This document shows, piece after piece, positions 10,088 through 18,651 of a stretch of DNA of 64,000 nt. Source of the DNA: Eubacteriales bacterium (GTDB taxonomy: Bacteria; Bacillota; Clostridia; Oscillospirales; QAMX01); assembly GCA_045639125.1 (NCBI GenBank), contig JAZUCL010000011.1, positions 58,720 through 122,719 of the forward strand, in the 5' to 3' direction. A program made the translations under genes and the position numbers. The notes under the pieces were generated by a model that saw only the letters and a program-made list of their open reading frames with translations, searched no databases and was not told the origin of the DNA. How positions within the stretch are numbered: the stretch's first letter is position 1; every line of letters begins with the position of its first letter.

Positions 10088-10786
10088 TCAATTCCCTCCT
10101 TTTGGGTTTCCACAACACATTTTACCCTCTTTACATTTGCCACGGATACAACTCGCTCCGGCTTTTGCAAAGATATTAGGTGCAATTTCTTTACAAATAT
10201 CAAGCATTATATCTGCCATTTGTCTTATTTCCCACTGAGCGCGATTACAACAACGTTCTTCAAAAAAATGCAACAAACTTCTGATATTCATAGTCATTAT
10301 AAGTTTTGTTTCGGTGCCATTTGGAAGAGCAAATCTTGCGTCCTCATTAGGAATGCCGTTTTCTACTGCACAATCGTAAAAATCTTGAATGTGCTTCATT
10401 AATTCACCATATTTTATTCTTAAAAAATCATCACTCGCAATTGTTGGCGGGGTAATATATTCAAATTGCCCCTCTTTTACATATCTTTGAGATTTCTGCG
10501 AATAAGATGCAATTCTATGTCTAACCAACTGATGTGAACAAGAGCGAGATATTCCCTCAATTCCAAAAGTAAAAGTACAATGTTCTAATGGGCTCTGATG
10601 CCCCAAATCTGTAAGTTTTTTAATAAAAACTTCAATCTTTTCTGTTGTCAACCCATTCATTAGTGTTTCAATATCGCTTAAGCTGTAGCAAAGTTTAGCT
10701 GCACTTGCTATAACCTTCTCTGGCTCAGGCGTATGGGTAATTAAAGTTACTTTCAATTTCTCACTTCCAATCTTCATAATTTTCAT
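10088..10786 (-). CDS. thyX: Flavin-dependent thymidylate synthase (true start probably TTG near 10756)
   Basis: RHRIASYSQKSQRY ThyX motif, EDARFALP, AQWEIR. Confidence 0.95.
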   Translation of the reverse strand: MKIMKIGSEKLKVTLITHTPEPEKVIASAAKLCYSLSDIETLMNGLTTEKIEVFIKKLTDLGHQSPLEHCTFTFGIEGISRSCSHQLVRHRIASYSQKSQRYVKEGQFEYITPPTIASDDFLRIKYGELMKHIQDFYDCAVENGIPNEDARFALPNGTETKLIMTMNIRSLLHFFEERCCNRAQWEIRQMADIMLDICKEIAPNIFAKAGASCIRGKCKEGKMCCGNPKGGN

Positions 10787-11003
10787 AGTCCCATTCTTTA
10801 GACTTAATGCCGTGGTATTTTAAGGCACAATCATCAGAGCAGAATTTATTGTCTTCATTGTCTGTGTAATATTCGTAGTCTTCTCTTAATTTCTTGTCAC
10901 ATTGTTCGCAACGCCCCCGTATTTTGGGTTCGGGGGCGTTAGGACACCGACTTGAACAAGGACTACTATGACACACTTCGCACATTATCGCCCCTCCATT
11001 CAA
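10761..11003 (-). CDS. Cys-rich small phage protein
   Basis: Multiple CxxC; likely start at MCEVC. Confidence 0.6.
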   Translation of the reverse strand: MNGGAIMCEVCHSSPCSSRCPNAPEPKIRGRCEQCDKKLREDYEYYTDNEDNKFCSDDCALKYHGIKSKEWDYENYEDWK

Positions 11004-11382
11004 AACCTTTATTGTTGTTGTCCATACAACCGTTACAAGGTGTGTTCTCTAACACATCGCAAGTGCCAAATTTAAAATCTTGACAAGACCAAACCCAGTC
11101 ATGATGACATCTTTTGTCGTCCCAGCAACCTTTGCCCTCACAATATTTTTCGCATTCTTTACCTTTGCACTCGACATTGTTTTTGCAGTAATGGCAAATA
11201 TTTTCAGACTTCATAACGAGTTCCATAAAGTCTTCTTTAAGTTTTAAGTATTGATTTTCATAATAATCCGAGCCAACTACTAATGACAGCTTTTCTATTT
11301 CGCTTTTTACAATCGCTGGATAAAACCCTTTATTAATTAAATTTTTCTTGAGTTTATCGGCATCTATAATATTCATTATCAT
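10966..11382 (-). CDS. Cys-rich phage hypothetical protein
   Basis: GAGGAGG SD; N-terminal IDADKL motif common in phage proteins. Confidence 0.65.
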   Translation of the reverse strand: MIMNIIDADKLKKNLINKGFYPAIVKSEIEKLSLVVGSDYYENQYLKLKEDFMELVMKSENICHYCKNNVECKGKECEKYCEGKGCWDDKRCHHDWVWSCQDFKFGTCDVLENTPCNGCMDNNNKGFEWRGDNVRSVS

Positions 11383-11403
11383 CCTCCTCTTGAAAGACTT
11401 GTT

Positions 11404-12072
11404 CTATTGACAATTTTTACCCCACTGCTCTGCCATAGCCTTTGCAATGCCCGGAAATGTTTTACTTGCGTCTTTTGCATTATGAGCAACACCTCTGCTT
11501 CCACCTTTCCCCCTAGCGAACCCACCTGTATTACTTGGTAGGTATGGTTTGTATTCATCTACAATTTTTGTTGGCTTCAGTGGTAATAAACCCTTTTGCC
11601 ATAATAAAGTGCGTTTTGAAAAAGGGTGCCCATATTCAAATGGTTGCACCACCTGACTTTCTTTCGGCAATCCAACGCATTTTAATGGGGTAGGATTTTC
11701 TACGCATATTCTTTCGCAATCAGCATTTAAAAACTTCATAAAAAATTCTTTTGCTTCCAATGCCTTCTTTAATCTATTCTCATCAATATTACCAGCCGTT
11801 GGATACATAAATCTTGCACCAGCCTTGCTCATATATGTACATGGTGGATGTGCAATAAGCAAATCCCATTTCCCATCAATAGTATGTTCAGCACCGTCAG
11901 ATGTTTTAAACTTGCAATTACCATTTATTAAAGGTAGTACATCTCCTTGTATGTGCCATTCTGGATGTCCACCAGAACATTCAAGAATATCACAAGAATA
12001 TGCTTCCCAACCTATTTCTCTAAAAGCCTTACATACTGTTTGGCTCTCTTCACATGCTACTAATAACTTCAT
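11404..12072 (-). CDS. Short phage C5-cytosine DNA methyltransferase-like protein
   Basis: LVACEES (motif I-like), HPPCT (catalytic PC), VENP (motif VI), KRT.LW, SKTFPGIAKAMAEQW. Confidence 0.8.
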   Translation of the reverse strand: MKLLVACEESQTVCKAFREIGWEAYSCDILECSGGHPEWHIQGDVLPLINGNCKFKTSDGAEHTIDGKWDLLIAHPPCTYMSKAGARFMYPTAGNIDENRLKKALEAKEFFMKFLNADCERICVENPTPLKCVGLPKESQVVQPFEYGHPFSKRTLLWQKGLLPLKPTKIVDEYKPYLPSNTGGFARGKGGSRGVAHNAKDASKTFPGIAKAMAEQWGKNCQ

Positions 12073-12197
12073 TACTACATAGGAGAAATGTACATTTAAC
12101 GGAATTCCAACTCGTTCCTCCTATTCTTTTGTAGGTGTTTGCAACCACCTAATTATTTTTATTTTTCTCCTTAAAAGCGTGGTTTTCATTGGCATTT

Positions 12198-12434
12198 TTA
12201 GTCGCAAATCACAAGCAAAGTGCCACTTCCCATAGCACCATTGCTTCGGGTCGAAATGGTTGGTGCCGCATCATTCACTTCTGTATCTATACAAACAACT
12301 TTTAATCCATTTCTTTTGCTTCTTAATGTAGGAACATAATTTTTGTAATATCTAATACCATCAAATCCTTGCGTATCATCAATACAAATAGCTATTCCAC
12401 CACAAGCAGAGTTTAATCTACTTGTGGATTGATA
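12198..12434 (-). CDS. -1 frameshift extension of the multispecific C5 MTase (78 aa, two TRD-like modules)
   Basis: Open -1 frame that begins exactly at the slippery heptamer: YQSTSRLNSACGGIAICIDDTQGFDGIRYYKNYVPTLRSKRNGLKVVCIDTEVNDAAPTISTRSNGAMGSGTLLVICD. Confidence 0.7.
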   Translation of the reverse strand, partial: YQSTSRLNSACGGIAICIDDTQGFDGIRYYKNYVPTLRSKRNGLKVVCIDTEVNDAAPTISTRSNGAMGSGTLLVICD

Positions 12435-14023
12435 AAATTTTCATCACGGCATACATATGTATCATCATACTGAGCTTTATATAGATGTTCAGCTAACAAT
12501 TCACAACAGTCCGTAATAATACCATTACCTGCTTGTTTATATAAATGAGTATCTACTACACCTATATTTCTGGCTTTATCGCAATCTTCAAATGTCAGCC
12601 CCATCAGTTTATAACATTCACGAGGAGTCAGTTTTCTAATTCTGAGGTCTTCACGGATACAATTTTTAATTGCAGATGTCAATAATGCATTACTCAACCC
12701 ATCTTTGCGAGTCTTAAATTGGTCTTCTCTTTTTGCACCATGTTTGTTATAGTTTCTGTCTTTGGGTCTTATTTGACCAGATTCAACAATCTTTGGCATA
12801 CGATTACCACCACTGCAAGTATCCAAAGTTGGAGACAAACACTCACTATTGTATACTCTACCGGCTTGAGGATTCGGTTCTCTTTCTGTTCCGTAAATCT
12901 GTCCAACTTGTTCCAAAACAGCAGTGCCCTCAGCCTTTCGATTTGATACGCCCCTATCTTCTCTTGAAGTTATGCAATTTGCATACTCAATCATTCGAGT
13001 ATCATTTACAGATTTATCAATACCAGATATGATTTTTACTGGGTCTTTATAGTCAGTCGCTCTTAAACCTTGTGATAGATCTTCAGCATCAAGAACTCTC
13101 ACTCTGTCCTGTACATTTTTATCTGGGTTTAATGAACCAGCTACCTTTATATCCGTTCCTTTGCTCTCTGAAAATAACTTAAATTTTCTTGTTGCAATAT
13201 CACTCAGGTAATACTTTTCGTCAACTACATCTTCAAGAATATCTTTTAGTCTTATGCCAGTATCAAAAGGAATGGGGAATGTGTATTTACCAGTATCAAT
13301 ATCTTTTCTAATAGAAATTACAAACACTCTTTCCCTATTTTGAGGAACACCACAATCTTTGCCATTGATTATAGACCAATACGAATTAAAACCGAGTTCA
13401 TCCAATACTTCAATAAGATTGTTGAAATATTCAGCGAATTTTTTGCTTGCAAGATTCTTTACATTTTCAAACATTATGTATTTTGGGAGAGTGTTATTTT
13501 CCTTTGCTTTCTTCAATAACTTGATATTCTCCCACAGCAAACTGCTTCTTGTACCACTATCGGGAGACAAGCCTTTCATTTTGCCCGCAACGGAAATATC
13601 AGTACAAGGGAATGAACAAGTCCAAAAGTCAGCATAAGGCAATTCTTCCATTCTGCTAATATCACCTAAATTTTTAGTTAGCTTACAAGCCAACCAATAT
13701 TTCTCAATGTCGTTAGTCTTTCTTTTTGCCAACTTAAACCAATCAAAATGCTTGTCTTTTTCTGGCTCATATCCCAAGTTAATATCTGTGAGATACTGTG
13801 CCATTTCATCTCTTGTAGGATAATTCTCATATGCTTCCACCATCTCATTGGTGAGACCACAATGTATTGCAGCATATGAAAGCACAGCCTCTTTGTTAAT
13901 ATCCGAAGTATTTAATACTTCAATATCAAATAAACCAGAGTTTTCAAAACCTCTTTCTTGACAACCTATACCAGAAAATAGTATATTGGCTGTCAGTTTT
14001 ACTTTTTCAACATTTGTATTCAA
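12413..14023 (-). CDS. Multispecific phage C5-cytosine DNA methyltransferase
   Basis: LFSGIG, SFPCTD, FENVKNL, PQNRERVF, RKLTPREC, YKQAGN motifs; long variable region with about four TRD-like repeats. Confidence 0.93.
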   Translation of the reverse strand: MNTNVEKVKLTANILFSGIGCQERGFENSGLFDIEVLNTSDINKEAVLSYAAIHCGLTNEMVEAYENYPTRDEMAQYLTDINLGYEPEKDKHFDWFKLAKRKTNDIEKYWLACKLTKNLGDISRMEELPYADFWTCSFPCTDISVAGKMKGLSPDSGTRSSLLWENIKLLKKAKENNTLPKYIMFENVKNLASKKFAEYFNNLIEVLDELGFNSYWSIINGKDCGVPQNRERVFVISIRKDIDTGKYTFPIPFDTGIRLKDILEDVVDEKYYLSDIATRKFKLFSESKGTDIKVAGSLNPDKNVQDRVRVLDAEDLSQGLRATDYKDPVKIISGIDKSVNDTRMIEYANCITSREDRGVSNRKAEGTAVLEQVGQIYGTEREPNPQAGRVYNSECLSPTLDTCSGGNRMPKIVESGQIRPKDRNYNKHGAKREDQFKTRKDGLSNALLTSAIKNCIREDLRIRKLTPRECYKLMGLTFEDCDKARNIGVVDTHLYKQAGNGIITDCCELLAEHLYKAQYDDTYVCRDENFINPQVD

Positions 14024-14118
14024 ATTCTCTTTCGGAGTAAACTATAGTTTTATGTCCGGACAAACTTCCTTACTCCTTTCAAATTTTTATGTACACTTTA
14101 TTATTCTCTAAAAGTATT

Positions 14119-14907
14119 TTAAAAAAGTCCCCATTCTGCAAACTTTTCAAATCCACCAACAGATACAATATATTCTCTTGCTTTTTCAACAATTTCAGAA
14201 TAAGGTACACCATCAATTTCAGTATCGCCAATAGCACAACATAAACTTACTGGTCTACCGATTTCTTGTGCTTTAAGGAAAGCATAAATATTTACGGATA
14301 CATCTGCCTTTGATAAATCTTTGCCATGAAGACCGCCACCTGTTACACTATCAGCCATATCAGAGCCGAGTTTTCTGTTAGTAGCACCAGTGTCTACATT
14401 TGTACCGCCTGTCCAATAACCAAGAGGATTAATAGCAGCATTAGGACAAATCTTTCTCACATCATCTTCTTCTGCGTTGCTCTGGCAAATTATGAGATTG
14501 TCACCATTCAAGATATACTTACCATCAGTTGGGAAATCTTTGTAAATATCTCTTGCTATCTGTGCCATAACTTTCTGCTCAGATGTAAGCGGTACACCCT
14601 TAAAGATACCATTATCTCCACACTTAAACCCATTGGTCTGATTATTTGCAAGATGCACGTCTTGTTTTACGCATTTGTAGTCAACCATAATTGAGTTATC
14701 TTTTGTAATTCTGTGTACTGCTTGGCACACATCAACTGCATCAACTTCAACTGAAGATTCAGCAATGATATGGCATACACTGTGTCCAATCAGTACCTCA
14801 ACCGCAATCTTTGGATTTTCTTCCATTTTATAAGCAAGGTCTACGATAGCACCTGCTATTCTGTCGGCAACCTTATCAGGATGTGCCGGATTTACCTTTT
14901 CTATCAT
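14119..14907 (-). CDS. metK: Compact phage-type S-adenosylmethionine synthetase
   Basis: EKVNPAHPDK, GDNG, DTGATNRKL, GGGLHGKDLSKAD; 262 aa. Confidence 0.9.
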   Translation of the reverse strand: MIEKVNPAHPDKVADRIAGAIVDLAYKMEENPKIAVEVLIGHSVCHIIAESSVEVDAVDVCQAVHRITKDNSIMVDYKCVKQDVHLANNQTNGFKCGDNGIFKGVPLTSEQKVMAQIARDIYKDFPTDGKYILNGDNLIICQSNAEEDDVRKICPNAAINPLGYWTGGTNVDTGATNRKLGSDMADSVTGGGLHGKDLSKADVSVNIYAFLKAQEIGRPVSLCCAIGDTEIDGVPYSEIVEKAREYIVSVGGFEKFAEWGLF

Positions 14908-14947
14908 TAAAATTCCTCCTATTTTGTCAATAAAACGAGCGTTTCAT

Positions 14948-15100
14948 TTAGCTGTCTAAAAACTCATCTTCCAAAACTACCACGTTGCATTCGCTTGTAT
15001 GAGCGGTGCAACGGTCAATGCCAATAATACCTTCAGCAAAACAAGGTTCCCAAATAGCATCTTCATCAAACTCACTTTTGCAACGACCAAGCATTTTATG
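14948..15100 (-). pseudogene. Displaced alternative C-terminus of the metallophosphoesterase
   Basis: HKMLGRCKSEFDEDAIWEPCFAEGIIGIDRCTAHTSECNVVVLEDEFLDS* aligns by eye to the last ~50 aa of 15640..16413. Confidence 0.8.
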
Positions 15101-15647
15101 CTATAACTCCATACCGCTCAAACAAACATCTTTGAGGAGCGGATTGACCAAAATATTTAGCTTCAGCTTGTAGGCGCATTTTAATCGCATCTTCTTTATC
15201 AACAAATATACCCAAATATTTTACTTTATCATCAACACATATTTGAGCAATCCACTTGTGTTTTGTATTGCTAAAATAAACGCCTGTAACACCAGAAGTG
15301 TTAGTTGATATAACGCCATTTCGATTTAAAATGTTTTGTTTCTTGGTAGCATTTCGTAAATTTCCTTTACGATTATCCAATTTATTACGATTGATATGGT
15401 CTACTAACTCATATTTGAAATCTGTAATAAATCTATGCATATATATCCACTTATCATCGGGAGTTTTTATTTTCATATATCCATTACTAAAATCTTTATA
15501 CCAACAATATTCTCTAATCTTATCGTAATCCTCTAAATCAAAATAAAACTCTTCACTGCAATTCGAAGCAATACCAATGCCGAAATTCTCGCTTAATTTA
15601 TATGTGTTATATTTCTTACGCACATTTAATGCTTTATCTTTAATCAT
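15096..15647 (-). CDS. HNH homing endonuclease with AP2-like DNA-binding domain
   Basis: MHRFI, VDHINRNKLDNRKGNLR, NTSGVTGV, W.AQI...YLG.F motifs. Confidence 0.92.
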   Translation of the reverse strand: MIKDKALNVRKKYNTYKLSENFGIGIASNCSEEFYFDLEDYDKIREYCWYKDFSNGYMKIKTPDDKWIYMHRFITDFKYELVDHINRNKLDNRKGNLRNATKKQNILNRNGVISTNTSGVTGVYFSNTKHKWIAQICVDDKVKYLGIFVDKEDAIKMRLQAEAKYFGQSAPQRCLFERYGVIA

Positions 15648-16413
15648 TTATAAAATTATCCTCTAATACTAAAATATTCACTTTGCCAGTATATGCGGTA
15701 CAAGCATCTACTCCAATATAATCTTTTCCATAGTAAATATCAAATTTAGCATCCTCTCCAAATTCAGAAATGCCTTGGTGCTGACTATAAGCATAGCTGG
15801 TATGAAAATGACCGAACACTATCGTTTTGCCTGTTTTGTTTAAGCCTTTCGATGCTATTTCAAATGGATTTCCCCACATTGCTTCATCCCATTCTTTTTC
15901 TGTTACGTTTCGCCAATCAGGATTAAAGTGATATTCTCTGTCTCTTGTGTAATATTTTGGATAATCGTCTTCTGCTGTTATGGGTATCCAACTGTGTACA
16001 AAGATATATTTTTTAGTTTCAAAGTAATTTACTAATAACTCCCTATATTTTGCTAACCTATCCCAAGTCATACAACAACATTCAGCAAAACTTCTTCTAT
16101 AGACCACACCTCCAAGGTCTTCGATTGTCTTAACAGTGCCGTTGGAAACATCGTGAGAATACGGAAATTCTCTCATACAACATTCTTCAAGTAAACTATC
16201 GTGATTGCCTTTTACGAGTATTTTTCTTTCAAGAGACATAAGAAGGTGTAATACCTCTTCGCTTTCGTTCCCGCGATCAAAACAATCGCCACAAACAATC
16301 AACCAATGTTCTTCGTTATTTGGGTCAAACCCAACTTCGTCAAGTGCTTTCTTCAATGGTGTATAAAAACTATGTATATCCGAAGTTACAAAAAATTTAG
16401 GTATCTTAATCAC
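15640..16413 (-). CDS. Calcineurin-like metallophosphoesterase
   Basis: SDIH, GDCFDRG, GNHD, FVH, GHFH motifs. Confidence 0.9.
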   Translation of the reverse strand: MIKIPKFFVTSDIHSFYTPLKKALDEVGFDPNNEEHWLIVCGDCFDRGNESEEVLHLLMSLERKILVKGNHDSLLEECCMREFPYSHDVSNGTVKTIEDLGGVVYRRSFAECCCMTWDRLAKYRELLVNYFETKKYIFVHSWIPITAEDDYPKYYTRDREYHFNPDWRNVTEKEWDEAMWGNPFEIASKGLNKTGKTIVFGHFHTSYAYSQHQGISEFGEDAKFDIYYGKDYIGVDACTAYTGKVNILVLEDNFIND

Positions 16414-16488
16414 CCCTTTTCACTTTAAAACTCAAATTCTATCGTGATTTTTAGGCTCCGAAACGCCCTATTTAAGCCATTCTTGAAA

Positions 16489-17334
16489 TCAATAATTTGT
16501 AATTAAAACCTCAATATCTTTACTTCGGTCAATTTTATGATAATTACAATTTACATAATCTCCATTTAAATAATGAATATGGTACTTGTCCTTCCACCTA
16601 TCCAAAAACGGATTGTCATATTTCAGATTGTTAGACAACGCCCATCTTGTGCCTTGTGCGTCTAACTTATCCAACAACTCAAGTAATTTCTTTTCGTGTT
16701 CTTCTGTCCAACCTTCAAATCCTCGTTTACCATCGTTGTAGTTACCAACTGATGCAAAATAAGGTGGGTCAAAATACAACAAATCATTTTCGTCAAAGTC
16801 AGAGTAATCAATATCAGTAAAACTTTTTGATGAGAAAACAATATCCGTACTTATATTTTTCTTCATTGCATATAAGTCTTCTCTCTGCCTATCCGAAAAA
16901 TAACTTCTGTTTTTACCAAAACTACTATTGTATTGGTGATTATTGTTGAATCTAAACTGATGATTAAATGAATGGCACATCAATGTATAAAGAGTAGTCC
17001 AATCATTCTTCCCCGCATTATAGTCATCACGAAGTTTTTCAAATCCTTCTTTGTTAGTTTTACTAAGTGAATACTCGGCGATTATATTTTCTATTTTCTT
17101 AACAACTGCATTTGTATCTTCTGTTGCAAGCCCTTCAAAGATGCTTGATACATAAGGATTTATGTCGTTATATAGATAATGTTCTGCTTTGGTATTTATT
17201 AAGACTGTTCCTGAACCACCAAATACATCAACAAACATGCTGATTTTATCCGGGAATAAAGGAATTATCTGTCCTATAAGCTTATACTTGTTTCCTATAT
17301 AATTTATAGGCGATTTTATGTATTTATTTTTCAA
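16489..17334 (-). CDS. Dam-family (alpha class) N6-adenine DNA methyltransferase
   Basis: YIGNK, DVFGGSG, DPPY and E.LITNY motifs. Confidence 0.92.
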   Translation of the reverse strand: MKNKYIKSPINYIGNKYKLIGQIIPLFPDKISMFVDVFGGSGTVLINTKAEHYLYNDINPYVSSIFEGLATEDTNAVVKKIENIIAEYSLSKTNKEGFEKLRDDYNAGKNDWTTLYTLMCHSFNHQFRFNNNHQYNSSFGKNRSYFSDRQREDLYAMKKNISTDIVFSSKSFTDIDYSDFDENDLLYFDPPYFASVGNYNDGKRGFEGWTEEHEKKLLELLDKLDAQGTRWALSNNLKYDNPFLDRWKDKYHIHYLNGDYVNCNYHKIDRSKDIEVLITNY

Positions 17335-17460
17335 TGTATCTTAGGAGTAAACACTGTGTTTTCGGTATACCAAACCTCTACTCCTTTCATTTAATATGAC
17401 ATTTGCAACTGCCACACTATATTATTCTCCATAAATTTCTCGATAAAAGAGAAATTCTAT

Positions 17461-17730
17461 CTATATTTCAAACATGTCCCCAAACATCTTCATAACACCA
17501 GTAACTTCTGGTGTTCCCTTTTCGTGCAAAGGACATCTTTCAAACATCTTACCTTCGGGAATTTCTTTTCCTTGTTTACACTCCATCTTTTTGATTCCGT
17601 CTGTACTACAATGTTTGCAAGTCAGACAACTTTTCAAGTTGTAGTTTTTGTTACAAGTTTCTTCATGCTTCAATACATCTTCTTCGATTCCTGTAAAATC
17701 ACAATATTCACATCTGTATATCGGTTTCAT
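17461..17730 (-). CDS. Zn-finger phage protein
   Basis: YRCEYC...HE..C and CLTCKHC. Confidence 0.65.
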   Translation of the reverse strand: MKPIYRCEYCDFTGIEEDVLKHEETCNKNYNLKSCLTCKHCSTDGIKKMECKQGKEIPEGKMFERCPLHEKGTPEVTGVMKMFGDMFEI

Positions 17731-17745
17731 CTCAAATTACCTCCA

Positions 17746-18651
17746 TTAATGTGCTTTCTTGTCGGCTTCGTGCAATCTCATAACCTTTTCAAAAAGTTCA
17801 TTACCCCAAAGTTTCTTATATTTGTTCATAGTCTTTTCACCGTTCTCAGCATCTTTCTCCCAAAAATAAGGTTGCATATGAAGATTGATAATAGTTGAAA
17901 CTTCTAATGGATCAACATCGTCAAGATAAATGTAAAACAGACTATCATATGCCCCTACGCAATGATGCTGATAATAGTGGGCTATATCTGTCTCTTCGCC
18001 CTTTGAATTGATAAAGGACTTTGTGTATGGTTTACCACAATCATGCATCATACCAGCACACAGCAGTGTTCTATCCTCTTCTAGTGATTTGCCGACAGTC
18101 GCACAATGCTCTCCCAAAGTCATACTGTGATGTGGATTATCCTGATTGAATTTCATATGGTCAGCAATCCAAAATCCTACAATATTGGTTTCGTATTCGT
18201 CACGCTCAATTATTATAGAGTCCCAACCTTCAAAGAAATATGGCGTGTTCCAGTTTTTATACATTCTCTCAACAACTTCTACTGGAATAGTTCTTTCTCT
18301 TGATTCATTTCTTTTACAACACTCTTCAAAAGGAACCGCAATTATCACACAATTTTTATAGCAAGGAATATTTTTGAGTTCTGATAAAAACGCCCTGCGT
18401 CTTTTAGAGTTAATATTTGTGGCATCGTAAATCACACTTTCACCATTTGCAAGGTGTTCTTTAATTCTTTTATGTAATAATTTGAATACTTCTTCATTAC
18501 TGGTCTGTGAGTTTATATCGCCAGTCAACTCTTCTCTAATAGCATCAGAACTACATAACTTTGCATTAGTTCTATCGGCTAATTCTTTGGCATAGGTAGA
18601 CTTACCTGAGCCGGGCAAGCCTACCATCATTGTAAAAGTCGGTTTATTCAT
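17746..18651 (-). CDS. Polynucleotide kinase (AAA_33) fused to HD phosphohydrolase
   Basis: GLPGSGKST, DATN, then H...HDCGKP...H.AD; ATG at 18651 has an SD. Confidence 0.9.
   Translation of the reverse strand: MNKPTFTMMVGLPGSGKSTYAKELADRTNAKLCSSDAIREELTGDINSQTSNEEVFKLLHKRIKEHLANGESVIYDATNINSKRRRAFLSELKNIPCYKNCVIIAVPFEECCKRNESRERTIPVEVVERMYKNWNTPYFFEGWDSIIIERDEYETNIVGFWIADHMKFNQDNPHHSMTLGEHCATVGKSLEEDRTLLCAGMMHDCGKPYTKSFINSKGEETDIAHYYQHHCVGAYDSLFYIYLDDVDPLEVSTIINLHMQPYFWEKDAENGEKTMNKYKKLWGNELFEKVMRLHEADKKAH

Noticed and set aside
12073-14110. Assignment of the MTase leaders to a known SAM riboswitch class
   Set aside because: No SAM-I, -II, -III or -V consensus recognisable by eye; kept only as an unclassified motif.
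14108-14122. Additional cassette-boundary palindrome between metK and dcm
   Set aside because: CTAAAA-gta-TTTTAA has only a 3-nt spacer and does not fit the 6-nt geometry.
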